A stretch of 64,000 nucleotides of DNA from Ruditapes philippinarum (taxonomy: Eukaryota). The stretch is from assembly GCF_026571515.1 (NCBI RefSeq), contig NW_026858374.1, forward strand, positions 1-64,000, read 5' to 3'. A model generated the notes under the pieces. The model had not been told where the DNA came from. It saw only the letters and a program-made list of their open reading frames with translations, and did no database searches. Numbering within the stretch: position 1 is the first letter of the stretch; every line of letters begins with the position of its first letter. Shown here one piece after another: positions 1-12,737 of this stretch. A program made the translations under genes and the position numbers.

Positions 1-78
1 TTTTTTTTATTCCCCTTTATTGCATCCCGGGAAAAATAAATTTTTTTTTACCATTTTTTAAATTTGTTTTTACAACAG

Positions 79-301
79 ATATTGACACTGACCGCAATGA
101 GCTTCTACAGGGGTTGGTCAATCCTAGTGGTCAAAGGTTGAACGCATATCACCTCCAGCCGAAACATGATCCCTCTGACCCGTCAGAAGATTACTGTGCC
201 GTGTGCCACAATGGAGGAGACCTGTTATGCTGTGACAAGTGCCCAAAAGTTTTCCATTTACAGTGTCATGTACCGGCCATAAGCACCAACTTCTCATCAA
301 A
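79..301 (+). CDS. TRIM33: TIF1/TRIM33-like gene, internal exon encoding the N-terminal part of the PHD finger (upstream exons lie outside the window)
   Basis: Acceptor ...tacaacAG|79. Peptide [33 protein letters not shown] is the TIF1-family PHD signature. Donor |GTGAGT at 302; phase 2 matches the next exon (AA+T = Asn). Confidence 0.92.
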
Positions 302-936
302 GTGAGTACTTTTCTATAGTTCTGGTTGTGTTTTTAGTTGTTGAGATATTTTCTCTTGGGTAAATTTAGACTGTTTAGCACAAAATAAATTGGATGATTG
401 TATTTTTATGGAGAAACAATGATATTTAAGTAATAATTTTGTAAGATTTTGAAAGATGTTGCACAAATATTTTTGACCTGTGAAAAAGGTTCCGCTTCAT
501 GTGTGGCAGTAAGCTATATGTGTGACATGTATGCTACTACAGAAGAAAAGTTAAGATAAATTACATGTAGTATGTCAAAAGTGTATTTATTTGTCTATTA
601 TGGTTGCTATAGAATTGAAATATTTTGTCTTTTTTTTTCTCCATAAAATACCATTTCAATGAACAATGTAAGTGAAAATATACCACAAAAGAGTAGGGAT
701 CTTAGAAAATGGATTACATTGTAAATTTAGAATTTAACCAATATGTTTACCTTAACTGATTTGTTTTTGACAATCTTAGGATGAAAAATATTCAATTGTC
801 TTTTATTGAACACAAAGTTATTTTATAAGATTTAATTATTCATAGACATCTTAAGACCCATGTCTTCCCCCCTCCCCCATTTGGAAACATGTCTGTCTAT
901 TATAGAAAATGTACAGGTACTGCTTGTTCTTTTCAC

Positions 937-1110
937 TGGGGGTGGCTGTCCCTGAGTGGTGAAGGTTTTTGACATCACACCACTTTCCGCTCACCGCTGT
1001 GGGCTGGAATCCCTACGACTTTGGTCCTGAAAAACATCCACAGAAGGGCACCAACATATAATCTATACTGTGCTGTTGAGACGGAAAAAAACCAACCAAA
1101 GAAAGAAAAA
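937..1110 (+). mobile_element. Degenerate tRNA-derived SINE-like fragment
   Basis: tRNA-like head (ggctgtccctgagtggtgaagg...ctcaccgctgtgggctggaatccc) and a tail (tatactgtgctgttgagacg + A-rich) resembling the SINE copies at 31768 and 38832. Confidence 0.45.
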
Positions 1111-2962
1111 AAGAATTGAAATGATTGTTAACGTTTATCAAGGCATTGGGAAGCAGTTGTTCATTTAAGCATATACCAAGCTTATAATTTTGTAGTAATA
1201 TAAATATATCAGTATGTTCAATTTAAGGTCCTTTAATTGCACCTTTTCAGGGATCCTCATAAATTTGGTACTTAACAGGTACATTTATAATTACATGTAT
1301 TCATCTTGGCTTTTGTGCTTTATATGTAAACGTAAGGCTAGACTCTCAATCTGATAAGAATGCTTGAACATGTTCAAATAGCCTGTGCCCCTCGTCTATA
1401 AAAGATATCATATCTTGGACACAATAAATAAACATTCAACCTCGTATAAAAATAACACTTAAAATCAGATTGCTTTTTATTTCCCATTAATTGTGAAGGT
1501 AATTTTTGTCAGTAGTATTGCTTTTAATTGTCCCATTATATTAGTCATTTTTGAACCAGTTTTTACCTTCAAAAAGGACCCAGCATCATTTCCAAAAATG
1601 CTAAATATAGTATTTATTGAAGTGGAAATTACCAGCAGGTTAAGATAACCTGCAGTCTTTAATCCTTACTTTACCTAAATTTGTATAATGGATTAGTCCT
1701 CCCTTGACTTTGGAGCAGTCCATTGTTATTTAATGGGAAATATTCAATAATGCAATAAACTGCTGAAATTAATCATCAACCAGTGATCACTGTAGAGTCT
1801 AGTTGACACTAGCGGCGTAAACAAGTAATTGCTGCAAGCATTTATCTGTAAATTCCACACTTCAGTGCAAATGAACATACATACAATGATAAGTCATATT
1901 GTGTAGGTAAACATAAAACCTGACTGTCTTTGTAAGGAAATATTAATATTAATATCAATCTAAATGGGTATTCATTTGATCTTTAAATGTTCCATAATTG
2001 TCTTTTTACTACCAGTCTTATAATGTTATGATTTCCATTTAGCTTTGCAAGCAAATTGCATCAAGGGGAATTCTGAATATAAAATGCTTTTGGGGAGAAA
2101 GAAGGAAATGAAAATTAATCTTGAAATGAACAGATGAAATTATTAACATTTAAAAAAAAAACGTTGCTAATTTTCGTCATTTTCAACTTCAGACGAGGAA
2201 TCAAACAAAAGAGTTACACATTTGCCTTGTTACATCCACTAGCAGAAGCTAAATGGTAGCTATTATATATATGTTACAGTAACGTGTTTATTTTCCTAGA
2301 TGTATCGCTCGAGTCTTTATGTAACTAGCTAATTTGTTCATTACATTTCGTGGGCACATATTTTTTACCTTGGTATATTAATTTAGTTACTGATTGTTTT
2401 TTCTCTTCTTTTTTTATGTGTTTGTCTATGTGTATGGTAAACGTACTTTCTCGTATTATATAGTAAGTTTCATACATACAGGCTGCAATTCAAAGATTTT
2501 AAAAGTGATTTTAAGCTACATCGTAAACAGTAATTCAAAAAATATTCTTGGTTTTGGGTATTTTACCCACAAATAAGTCTTTCTGTACCCTCTGAAAGGG
2601 GAAAATATTCAACACTTTTAATTCCAAGTTTCTTTGACTAAAGGTTTAGTTATGTTCCTTAGTAAGAGAAAACGATCAGTAATTTATATTTCATGATCTT
2701 GTATCTTAGTTTCTCAGACAAAATTTTCCCACAAGGGCATCAAAACAATAGAATCAAATATCCGTTTACATAGGGAACTTGTGGCGTGTTGAGTGAAAGA
2801 AAAAAGCCATTGTAGAAACAAACATACCTGCTCAATATTATTTCATAAAAATTTATGAGACACAATCATTGCCGAACACTTCAACATCCATTTTGACACC
2901 TTGGTCTTTTGGTCAAGGCAGCAGATTTCAAATATCACTCTCCCTTAACCAATATTTGTTAG

Positions 2963-3090
2963 AATCGGGATTTTTCATGTGAGAAAGTTATCCTTGCGTG
3001 TGGAAGGGCAGTGGTTCTACTCAGGTGCCCTTTCATGCCTGAAATAACACATAGTGATACTACCAGCAGGTTAAGCTGGCGTCACAGTTT
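2963..3090 (+). mobile_element. SINE fragment (same family as 31768-31915)
   Basis: ggaagggcagtggttctactcaggtgccctttcatgcctgaaataa aligns by eye with gtcggtggttttactcaggtacccatttgtgcctaaaataa at 31772. Confidence 0.5.
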
Positions 3091-3809
3091 ATGTGTGAAT
3101 TATTACTGCTCCCACCCCCACAAAAACAAAATTACATATAGAGAAAAAAAACTTTAAAAAGTTCTATAGTACGTTTACTGTATATTTATCTTATGCCATT
3201 CCTTGACACCAGTTTAACAGAAAAAAGCTTTTTTTTTGGCTTTTTTCATTTTTTGCTGCACCCACTATTATTTATGTTGTTACAGTCCTTTTGCATTTTG
3301 ATCTTTTTATTGTACAAAACACCAAGAAGAATAGACTCTGAACAAAAAGGAAAACAGAAAAAAACAAGCTTTTATGATTGGGACTGGATAGATTGGGGGG
3401 GGGGGGGGGGGTTAAGGATGAAACCAAGCTTGAAACCTTTAAAGGAAAAAATATTCAGTACTATGCACAAAACTTTTGTAACTGTTGTAAAAACATATTT
3501 TTGCATGTAATATGTTTTTATGGAAGACTTTATGGTTCTCAGAGATAAGAAGCTAAACTGTATATAGTAACTTAGGCATTTGAAATAAAGCATATGTGTA
3601 GTAAAGAAGTGGTAATTTTCCTGCAGATGACTGCAGGGTGGCAAACCTGACTTAATATTATTGTTCAACATTATAAAAAAATAATATTTCGTATCCGTGC
3701 ACTGAAGAAACAGGGTGGGTTGGAGAGAATGAGATGTGTAATGCAATTTTCTATCTGAGGGCAAGCAATTTTATATTTATATATCCTATGACAGAAATTT
3801 ACTGTTTAA

Positions 3810-4425
3810 CCCATTACCAGATATATACGCCTTTCTACGCCTTTTTCACCCCCCCCCCCTTTTTGCTTTCTCAAATGGTGAAAAAATGCCTTATTAAGGC
3901 CCCCAAACACTTGTTTTTGTTTGAGAAATGTTGTTTAAAAAATTGACCACTTTTTCGGCGCGGCCCCCCATCCAAAAGATACATCAGGGGGCTGCCAGAA
4001 GGGGGCACGTTTGGGGGGTTTGAAGGGGGGCGGAGTCCCCCTCATCGCCAAGAAAATTTTGGACTTGTGGGAGGCTAAAAATGGCCCCAGGTCGATCATA
4101 AGGTAAGGTGTAACCAATGCTGAAAAGCCTTTGACTCTATCTCAATCCATTGAGATGTGGCAGCACTTTGAAATCAATTTTGATGGAAAAAATCAAAGCA
4201 AAATAGTGATTTTTGGCAATTTTGAGATGTCCCCTAGTTGCCATGGTAACAGGAAATTTCAGATTGAGCATGTTGTTACAAAATTGGCAATGGTACAGTC
4301 AACATTTGTGCCAAGTTTGATTAGCATTGAAGCAGTTTTGATAGTTTTATAGCAACTTGAACTTGTAACGGGAGACTTTTCAATGAAAACAGCCATTTTT
4401 CACAAAATGCTCATGGGGTAATGGG
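3810..4425. mobile_element. piggyBac-like MITE
   Basis: TTAA|CCCATTAC ... GTAATGGG|TTAA (TIR plus TTAA target duplication). A partial inverted copy lies at 31682-32083. Confidence 0.8.
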
Positions 4426-4469
4426 TTAAGGGCACACTCTTTGCTCTCTAAGAGCGTGCAGTTTGTTGT

Positions 4470-4990
4470 TGCAGGCAAGCAATTTGATATCTCAGTGCAA
4501 GAAATTTGCTGTCTCTGGGCAAGCAATTTGATATCTCAGTGCAAGCAATTTGCTGTCTCGGGGCAAGCAATTTGATATCTTATGACAAGCAATTTGATAT
4601 CTCATTGCAAACAATTTGATATCTCACGACAACCAATTTGCCTTCTACGGGCATGCAATTTGATATCTCATGGCAAGCAATTGATATCTTACTGCAAACA
4701 ATTTGCTGTCTCAGGGCTAGCAAATTGATATCTCACGGCAAGCAATTTGCTGTCTCAGGGCAAGCAATTTGATACCTCAAGACAACCAATTTGCCTTCTC
4801 CGGGCATGCAATTTGAGATCTCATGGCAAGCAATTTGCTGTCTCAGGGTAAGCAATTTAATATCTCACGGCAAGCAATTTTCTGTCTTAGGGCATGGTAT
4901 TTGATATCTCACGGCAAGCAATTGATATCTTACTGCAAACAATTTGCTGTCTCAGGGCTAACAAATTGATATCTCAGGGCAAGCAATTTC
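4470..4990. repeat. ~21-22-bp minisatellite with two interleaved variants
   Basis: Repeated gcaagcaatttgatatctca / gcaagcaatttgctgtctcagg, about 24 units. Confidence 0.9.
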
Positions 4991-5538
4991 CTATATAATG
5001 GCCATAATGTCTTTACAATGCCAATCTCTCACATGATTAGCTAAATTGTGTCCATCCTCAGGCCTCAACTGCAAAATTGGTAAAGACACTGTGACGAATT
5101 AACTAATTATAGCATAGATATTGTGGTTATTAAATTTTGCTGTTAATATATTTAAAGTAAAGATAAATATTTTGTTAGTTATTGGATAAACCTGAGAACC
5201 ATATTGTTGAAAGTTATGTAGATTCCTTATATTTTTATAACTAGAAAAATAGAGATGCTGAAAAAATATTCAGAATGATTTATTCAGTAAACTAGCTGTT
5301 TGTTCTCAGTTCTCCAAATGGATGCAAAATTTTTCACTATCTTCATGTCAACATGATCTGTAGTGGTTTAAAGTTTCAATACCATCTGCACTGTTCACTA
5401 TACAGTATTTATTTAGGAATTTTTCATAAAAATAATGAATGGTTTTGTCCAGATTGAAGGATGGACAAGTTCATTTAAGATATATAGTGTTGTTCGGATT
5501 AAATCAAGCTTGTTGTTAAAATTTCTAGATACGTATTT

Positions 5539-6762
5539 CAGGGTTCTCACTAGGACTTTAAAACATGGAGTCCATGGACTCCCAAACCTGAAAAAGTTGG
5601 AGTCCAAAGGCGCGTCGCAATAAATATTTTTACAGTGCTCAAAATAGCATTGCTGATATTTTGAATCTTCAAGAGACTTTCAAAGTTTATAGTTATTCAA
5701 AACAAACTCTGGACTACATAGTATAATTATTGTTTTGTTGTTAATATTTTTCATGAAATTATTTCATTATAATGCATCAACACATGGAAATCGGGTTTTT
5801 TTGGTGTTTTTTTTTTTCACTTTTACACCAAATCAAATTTTATTCTGGTTAAATAAGTCCACTCTAAAGACAAAAAGTTTATATTTGTAAAAAAAAAAAT
5901 ATAGGCAGCATTTAGCGGAATGAATAGGAAAATCGTGTACAGCTTCACACAGTGTGTAAGAGATTCATCCGATCGAGAATTATTTTAGCAAATATCTTCA
6001 AAATGGGGGCAAATTGAAGATCACTATTTAAATTTAATGCTGATTAAATAATAAAGGAACAATTCATTCACATGTTTGGCTTGGAAACTGAGAATTTTTG
6101 TGAAATTTTAGGGTTTCTGAAATTCCGGCAAATGTGAAATCGCCGATGTTCGGGATCAATTTTCGGATAGAATCTTAATATCAAAGAAAAGCTTATGTGT
6201 ATTTTGGTTAGTTGTCCTGGCATTTCGGCACAATATGTTAAATTATTAATACTCTTAGAACGTTTTTGCAAGAATGAATCTAAAGCAAAATTTTGCCTAG
6301 AAAATGCCGAAAATTTCGACAATAATTCAAAATTACACTCATTTGTAATTTGAGAATTTGCGGCGTAAATAGTCGATATTTTAATCCTTTTGTCGGTAAA
6401 ATTTGCTAATTTCCAATCAACTGTTGATCAAAGATATTAAATTATCACCTCATGTTATATCTGGTAATTACATGAACAGCCTGTGTATACATTAATTAAT
6501 CTGATCTCCATTGCGTGATAATGACCGAAAGTGTTATCGCTGATTGGCTAATCGCTTCACGGGTCGATGTGCATAGGACCGCCTACCTATAGACTGACAC
6601 GCGCTGACGTATTTGTGTATTTGTGGTTGTAAACAATCGGTAATGTTGATGCGTCCCCAGGCAAAATTTAGCGTACGTGGAATCCTTGCTCTGAAATATT
6701 TGCGTCCAGCTGTAATAAACATGCGTACCGGGTTGCCGAAATAAGCGTCCCCGAGAACCCTG
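5539..6762. mobile_element. Non-autonomous DNA transposon (hAT-like) with apparent 5-bp TSD
   Basis: TATTT|CAGGGTTCTC ... GAGAACCCTG|TATTT; subterminal repeats GGAGTCCA (left) and GCGTCC/GCGTAC (right). Confidence 0.75.
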
Positions 6763-9700
6763 TATTTTATTTTCAACTTTTAAGTGGTATCAAAACCATT
6801 GTGTGACTTTAACAACAAATTGAGCACAATTTTAGATAGGATCAAGGCATCTCTATTTGTGGGACAAATTTTGTATTATTACAGTTATGTATGTAGTTTA
6901 GTTATTGACTGAAAATTGCCTTTGCTTTTGAATCATTTCTAGAATTATCTTTTGTAAAATGTAATGTTGTTTTTTCCTACCTCCCTAGTGTTCACAGATT
7001 GATGTAAAATCATAATTTTTGTTAGGGCACTAATTTTGGTTTTTGATAAGTTAGTCGTCAATCCAAAAAATTATGATGCAGTGAAATTTCATTGCAGATC
7101 TGGTGTAACATTATTTTGCATTGCATTATTTGCAAATTGCTCTTACAAAAATAGACAATCTAAGAATTTTAGAACCCAAGAAAATAACATTTTTAACGCA
7201 ACCACAAAATTTCATGCATGCAAAATTAAGTGAATCCACAGTGTATTTTTGCCCTCTTTAGCCTACTTTATTTTTGCATGGGAGTTAAGCAATTACATGG
7301 TACATATACAAGTTATGATTACAAAAGACAAAATTAAAGTGCATTTCATTAATAAACCAAACATAACCTTAAAATGAAAATTGTGTTGACTTGTAAAGTG
7401 CCCCCTGTAAGTTATTTATTTCCTCCAGGTTATGAAATTGATAAGGGTTGGGTTAATTTTATGGGGATATTACTCAAATTTGAGCTGTATGATATTTGCT
7501 TTAAAATTTCAATTCTGCAAATTTATGCTAGCATAAAATCAAAATGAAATTCATTTATTGCTAAAAGTGAAATGCTTGTTTCTAAATAATTAATAACAGA
7601 ATGTCAAAAAATCCCAATAGTTGCATTCCGCAAATTAAGCTCTCAAGTACAGTAACAAATTGTACTTAACTAACCAATCATAAGTCTCTTAATTTGTTGG
7701 TATGAAAACCTGCCAAAAACCATTTCAGCTCAAGAGCTTTACAAATTTGTTGTCACTTAGTGTCACATAATTATAGATTAACAACTGATACATTTACTTG
7801 GCAGCAACTTGCAAAATAGAAAAACAAACAATATCACAGGTCTGACAGTTTTCAGATTAAGTATATAATCCAAGATAGCATGGCTTTTACCTTGCTACTT
7901 TTTGAAGATAAAATCAAGATAACAATTGTTTTGCTGTCATTGTAAAATAAACAATAAACATAATAAGTTTCATCACATCTTACACAGAGTAAATAAAAAA
8001 CTATAAGTAAAGTCATTAGATGAATAGAATAACAGTCTCAATTGCAACATAAGATTTGAACAATGACACCTTTCCAAGAAAAAAATGTATTATAATACTG
8101 GTTTGCAAAGGTATTGAAGCTGCTTGTTTGTTCTGTTCTAGATCTATGCTTTAAACTCTCAATTATATAAATCTTAAAACGAGGCTGTGCATTGTTACAT
8201 TATATGTCCTCTTAATGCTCTGTATCTTCTAAAATTTCTGTTAAAGTATTCTGCTGTTGCCTCACCTTTGATTCCTCTCCCCTGAATTAGAGAGAAATCA
8301 CATACTAAAATTACTGTTAGGTATTGATTTTAGCAATTACTGAACATCTAGGCTAAATTACCAAAGTGATAACAAAAGAACCCATGGCTGTGTGATGTGA
8401 CAATTCCCTAGTTGAAACTGTGGTTTCTTATTGATTTTACTAAGTTAACTTGCTGCAAGGTTTGCTGGAAACAGTGTATTATTGGGAAGCTAGTTTTCTC
8501 CAGTTACTGGCTGACATTGTTTTCTCTCCTGCAAGCAACAAGGTAACAGCAGTGTTTGGGGTCATGTCTGGAGGACTTTCTGTAATTACTGTCAAGGTAT
8601 TGATTATTGGGTTTTTACTGTCAGACTGTCAGGTCTCTCCTCGTGTCACATGGGGGAATATTCTAGCTTCTTTGAGAGAGAGAAAATGTGAATAATACTT
8701 GCCATGTCTGAATGATCTTCTAATCTGTTTCGGAATGATTTATTTACGTTACCTTGAGACCATGAATCTTATTCCCAGGCATTAAGGTTCTGTAGCAATG
8801 TTAGATTCAATGTCATTTGTTAGGTTATGCAGAAATGATTGAGGCTGCAGTAAATGTTCAATGTCATGTCATTTGTTAGGCAAATGTATATTTATATATC
8901 TGACAAATACAAGTAATTTCCATATATCTTTTGAGGTAATAAACTGGTTTCAGATAAAATAAAATGTTGCTTTTTGTGTCCTGGATTGATAGATAGAAGG
9001 GTATATTGTTATTGGCTTGTCTGTTTGTTTGTCATTAAATTTGAACTGTCACCATAACAGGAAAGTCGTTCCACGATCAACACCATTATTAAGTTCCTGT
9101 CACAAAAACTAAGTTCTATACACTTGGCATTTATTCAAACGAAGTGCTTGTATAAAAACATTTGATGATAGTTTGATTATTTGATAAATTATCATTTTCT
9201 GTTAGTTATGTTGATAATTTGATTTCTTGATAAGTGATGTCTTGAGGGAACTTGAAATTGATCCACTGTGATAAAAAATGAGGATTAAACTTGTATTTGT
9301 TAATGTATGGTCCATTGGAGTGACCTTATAACTTCATGGTCATATGTCTGAAACTTCATGTTCTTGTGTCTTAAACTTCATGTTCTATGTCTAAATCACT
9401 TCATTCTTATTTGAATGATTAATGTTTACTGTCAGGTCCTAGTTATGCTGTAATGAAATGTGATCATTTACCAATAATGTTAGCTGTCAGTTACCCTAGG
9501 ACAGCTTGATAGCTTATATCCCAGTAATGTACCATTTCATATGACATTATTGATAGGTCATTCAAGGCTGTCACCCATGGCTAGTAATTTAAGTGTTTAT
9601 TCACACACTTTTACCTGAAAATTAATTAAAGACGCTTCAATCAGAGTCATAATGTCTGACAGGAAAGTCAATTATTTGGATCTGATACTTTAAATTGATT

Positions 9701-10702
9701 TTTTTCACACGCTTGTGTAAATTAAAGGGTCCTCTTCCACCAAAAAGCGAAACTTTATGAGAATGATGTAAGCTAAATTGGGAAAACATTTGAACTTAAG
9801 GGAATGGAGAATGACTTAGATATCTTATATTGAAATTACCGTGAATTTTAACACATGTACCAGTTCAATGTGAAGTAATAGACCACATCATAATACAGCT
9901 GTGGTGTAGGACACCTGGGTGGGGACTTTGTTTAGGTTTTTTAATTTTGATAATAAAATATGTAGATTAGAGTATGCCTTTGTGATTTTGTTTTTTCTAT
10001 TATTAAGACTTGATTTTTTGCAATGTCTATGCTGGTATATAACATATATAGGATTGTAGAAGAACCTCTACTAGTGGTATATTTTCATTTTCATAGTTCA
10101 GTCGTTTGCATGACTATCTATTGTATCCCTGCTGTGTCAATTTTTTGCCTCAAGTCTCTGTTTTGGGGTGTTTTTAGTTGTTGTTTTTTTGGGGGTTTTT
10201 TTTTTTTATCATTATTGTTACCAAATTATGCAATTTTGCAGAATGTGAATGCATTCCCCCTTTCTTAGCAGAATGAATTAGTAGCATTACAATTAATTTG
10301 AATAAACTTTTGTCGAGATCAGATTCATAATTAAATGACACTGAATGTAATAAGAAATTTTCTACATCTTTGATTTGTTACTTTAATTTACATTTTGTGT
10401 TTTTGCTAAAAAGTTGATCTGACATACTGACTTTCTATTCTTTACAAATTTGCTTGAGTATTTATTGTTGTGAAAGCGTGAGTAATGATGACACATATTT
10501 TTAGAATTTTTATAGGGCTGTTTTTATTATTATTTTATATAAAGAAAATAGTTAAATTATAAGTTAACCAAATATACTTCATTAACCAGGTACATAAATA
10601 CATTTAAATTGACATTAATTTTAAGTGGAAATAAAGGAACTTGTCAAAATATTGTATTTATGAGAGATGTTCTATAAGAAATTTCTACATGTATTTTTTC
10701 AG

Positions 10703-10835
10703 TGAAGTATGGACATGTACATTGTGCTCGGCAGATGAAGAATTGAAGATCAAGTCTCCGATACCCAAAGAGTACGAGGTGACGAGCACTGGCAAGCGGA
10801 AAGCGCCCAACGGACTTGTTGACAAGGAGATTAAG
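10703..10835 (+). CDS. TRIM33: TIF1/TRIM33-like exon: end of PHD (WTCTLC) and PHD-bromo linker
   Basis: ttttttcAG|TGAAGTATGGACATGT gives EVWTCTLC...GKRKAPNGLVDKEIK; donor |GTATGA at 10836. Confidence 0.9.
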
Positions 10836-11325
10836 GTATGAATATGGCTCTTTAAGTTTTCATGCAGTCATTATTGCTTTAGATAAATTCTGCTAGCTTA
10901 CAGTGGATTACTGTATAAAGTGGATATTTCCGCATGTCATAAAGTTAGCTAATTTAAAATCCATACATTTCTTGTGAAGAAATATTAACGATTGTGCAAG
11001 GGTAGAATTTAATGATAGATTATATATATCATATGCTAGTGGAAATTTTTACGATTTTCGTCAGTACGCAATGGTCTTTTCAGATAAATGTTTTTGGAAG
11101 TCTTTGGAGAGTCTTTATATGGCTATTGCAATGTTGGTGAAATTCAAGAAAAATATATAGATGGAAAAAATCAGCATTACCCTGGTAGTTCCATGTTGTA
11201 GTATAGTTTACTCCAGACTTAATTCAATTGTTAGGTATAGATTTAGTAATAACATTTAACTCAGTCTTGGATCTCAATATATTTGAAAGAATGACTGCTT
11301 AGTATAGATTTCTATTCTTTCGTAG

Positions 11326-11400
11326 GTATGTGAGAGGATATTACTGGAGTTATTCTGTTTGGAGATCAGCACAGTGTTTCATGAGCCTGTTCCAAAATCG
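11326..11400 (+). CDS. TRIM33: TIF1/TRIM33-like 75-nt exon: start of bromodomain (VCERILLELFCLEISTVFHEPVPKS); not in the ORF track
   Basis: ttctttcgtAG|GTATGTGAG...AAATCG|GTAAGA; phase 0/0; the CERILLELFC...FxEPVP motif is typical of TIF1 bromodomains. Confidence 0.9.
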
Positions 11401-11842
11401 GTAAGAAAATGAAAAAGACTCTCTGAAAATTTATCAAATCTTCCTAAAAAGTTTTGTGATTGACTGATAGTTTAATGACTTTAATAGTTTGTGATTGAGA
11501 CATGTTCAAGTTATAAAATTCATATTTGAAAATAGTCATTCTCTATTTCCACTAAACTTAAAGGGAGTTAATTTGTTAAGATCACTAACTTCAATTTATA
11601 CATGTATATCCCTTGATGCTGTGGGTTCAAATCGCACCAGGGATATTGAATTTTTTCTTCGTGTGTGGCATGATGATAATGAAAATTATTCCTCTTACAG
11701 TTTCCCACTTATAAATTTATAGAAGTTAGCTTTAAACAATTTTTAAACAAAACCTTCAAAAAAGTCAAAAGAATTGATGTTAATTTTTACAAGAAATACA
11801 TCAAATATTAAACATTCTTAACATGTGTTCTTTTTCTTTCAG

Positions 11843-12220
11843 GTCCCTAATTACCACAAGATCATTAAAGATCCGATGGATTTTGGAGCCATCAAATGCA
11901 AGCTTCGTAGAGGGCATTTTGCCCATTACAATTCAGTAGAAGAATTTCTATCCGACATCAAGCTTGTGTTTCGAAACTGCTTTAAATACAACTCTGAAAA
12001 ATCTGATGTATATGCTGTAGGAAAATCTGTTCAGAACTATTTTGAATCACTTGTGAAACACTTTTTGCCGTGTTATGTAGACTACCTCAGCAGGCGAACA
12101 CCAAGTCCTGTCACAACAATGGAGTCAAATGGAACCGACGGACAGAGTCGCAATAAGAAACGCAGAAGTCCTGCACCGGACTCCACAAGGGATAACAATA
12201 GTCCGGTCCATTTTTCTTGA
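11843..12220 (+). CDS. TRIM33: TIF1/TRIM33-like terminal coding exon: rest of bromodomain plus basic tail (putative NLS KKRR)
   Basis: tttctttcAG|GTCCCT gives VPNYHKIIKDPMDF...DIKLVFRNCFKYN; stop TGA ends at 12220. Confidence 0.92.
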   Translation, partial: VPNYHKIIKDPMDFGAIKCKLRRGHFAHYNSVEEFLSDIKLVFRNCFKYNSEKSDVYAVGKSVQNYFESLVKHFLPCYVDYLSRRTPSPVTTMESNGTDGQSRNKKRRSPAPDSTRDNNSPVHFS

Positions 12221-12528
12221 GAATAGAAAAAAAATGACTTTAATTTTGATGAAAAATGAAATTTCGACATACATGTGCTTTTTATCCCCCTTTCTTAATA
12301 CACAAATATATTATTGACATTCCAACTTACTACTATGAATTTAATAAAGCTGCACTGGTAATAATGTGCATAATTTGTACTCAATTTGGTTTTTAAGAAA
12401 GAATGTGAATAAATTGAATATTTATCCATTTTTTGATCCAAACAATTTTTGTATGACTTGTATAAATGATTGTAAATAATGTCTGGTCAGCTATTGTGTT
12501 GCCACTGTTAGATTGGTTCAATATTTAA

Positions 12529-12715
12529 CCTTTAACCTGCTGAATTTGTGAAATGGACTCACCCAACTTTGAATTTTGAACAGTCCATTCAAAGTGTAAG
12601 GGATTTCAACATTAAATTGCAAAAATTTGAGATACCAGCAGACTGTCATGCTGACAGGCTGGGTCTATACTGATGACAAAGGCTAATCATTTTTTTGTTC
12701 TAGCAGGTTTTAGGG
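12529..12715. mobile_element. Short piggyBac-like MITE downstream of the TRIM33 stop (probable 3' UTR)
   Basis: TTAA|CCTTTAACCTGCT ... AGCAGGTTTTAGGG|TTAA; a related degenerate copy lies near 1660-1830. Confidence 0.65.
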
Positions 12716-12737
12716 TTAAGCATTGGAAATACTAACT

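Noticed and set aside
8200-8760. Slightly higher-GC stretch with an 81-aa ORF in the TRIM33 intron
   Set aside because: No recognisable motif, and the TRIM33 exons join in phase without it.
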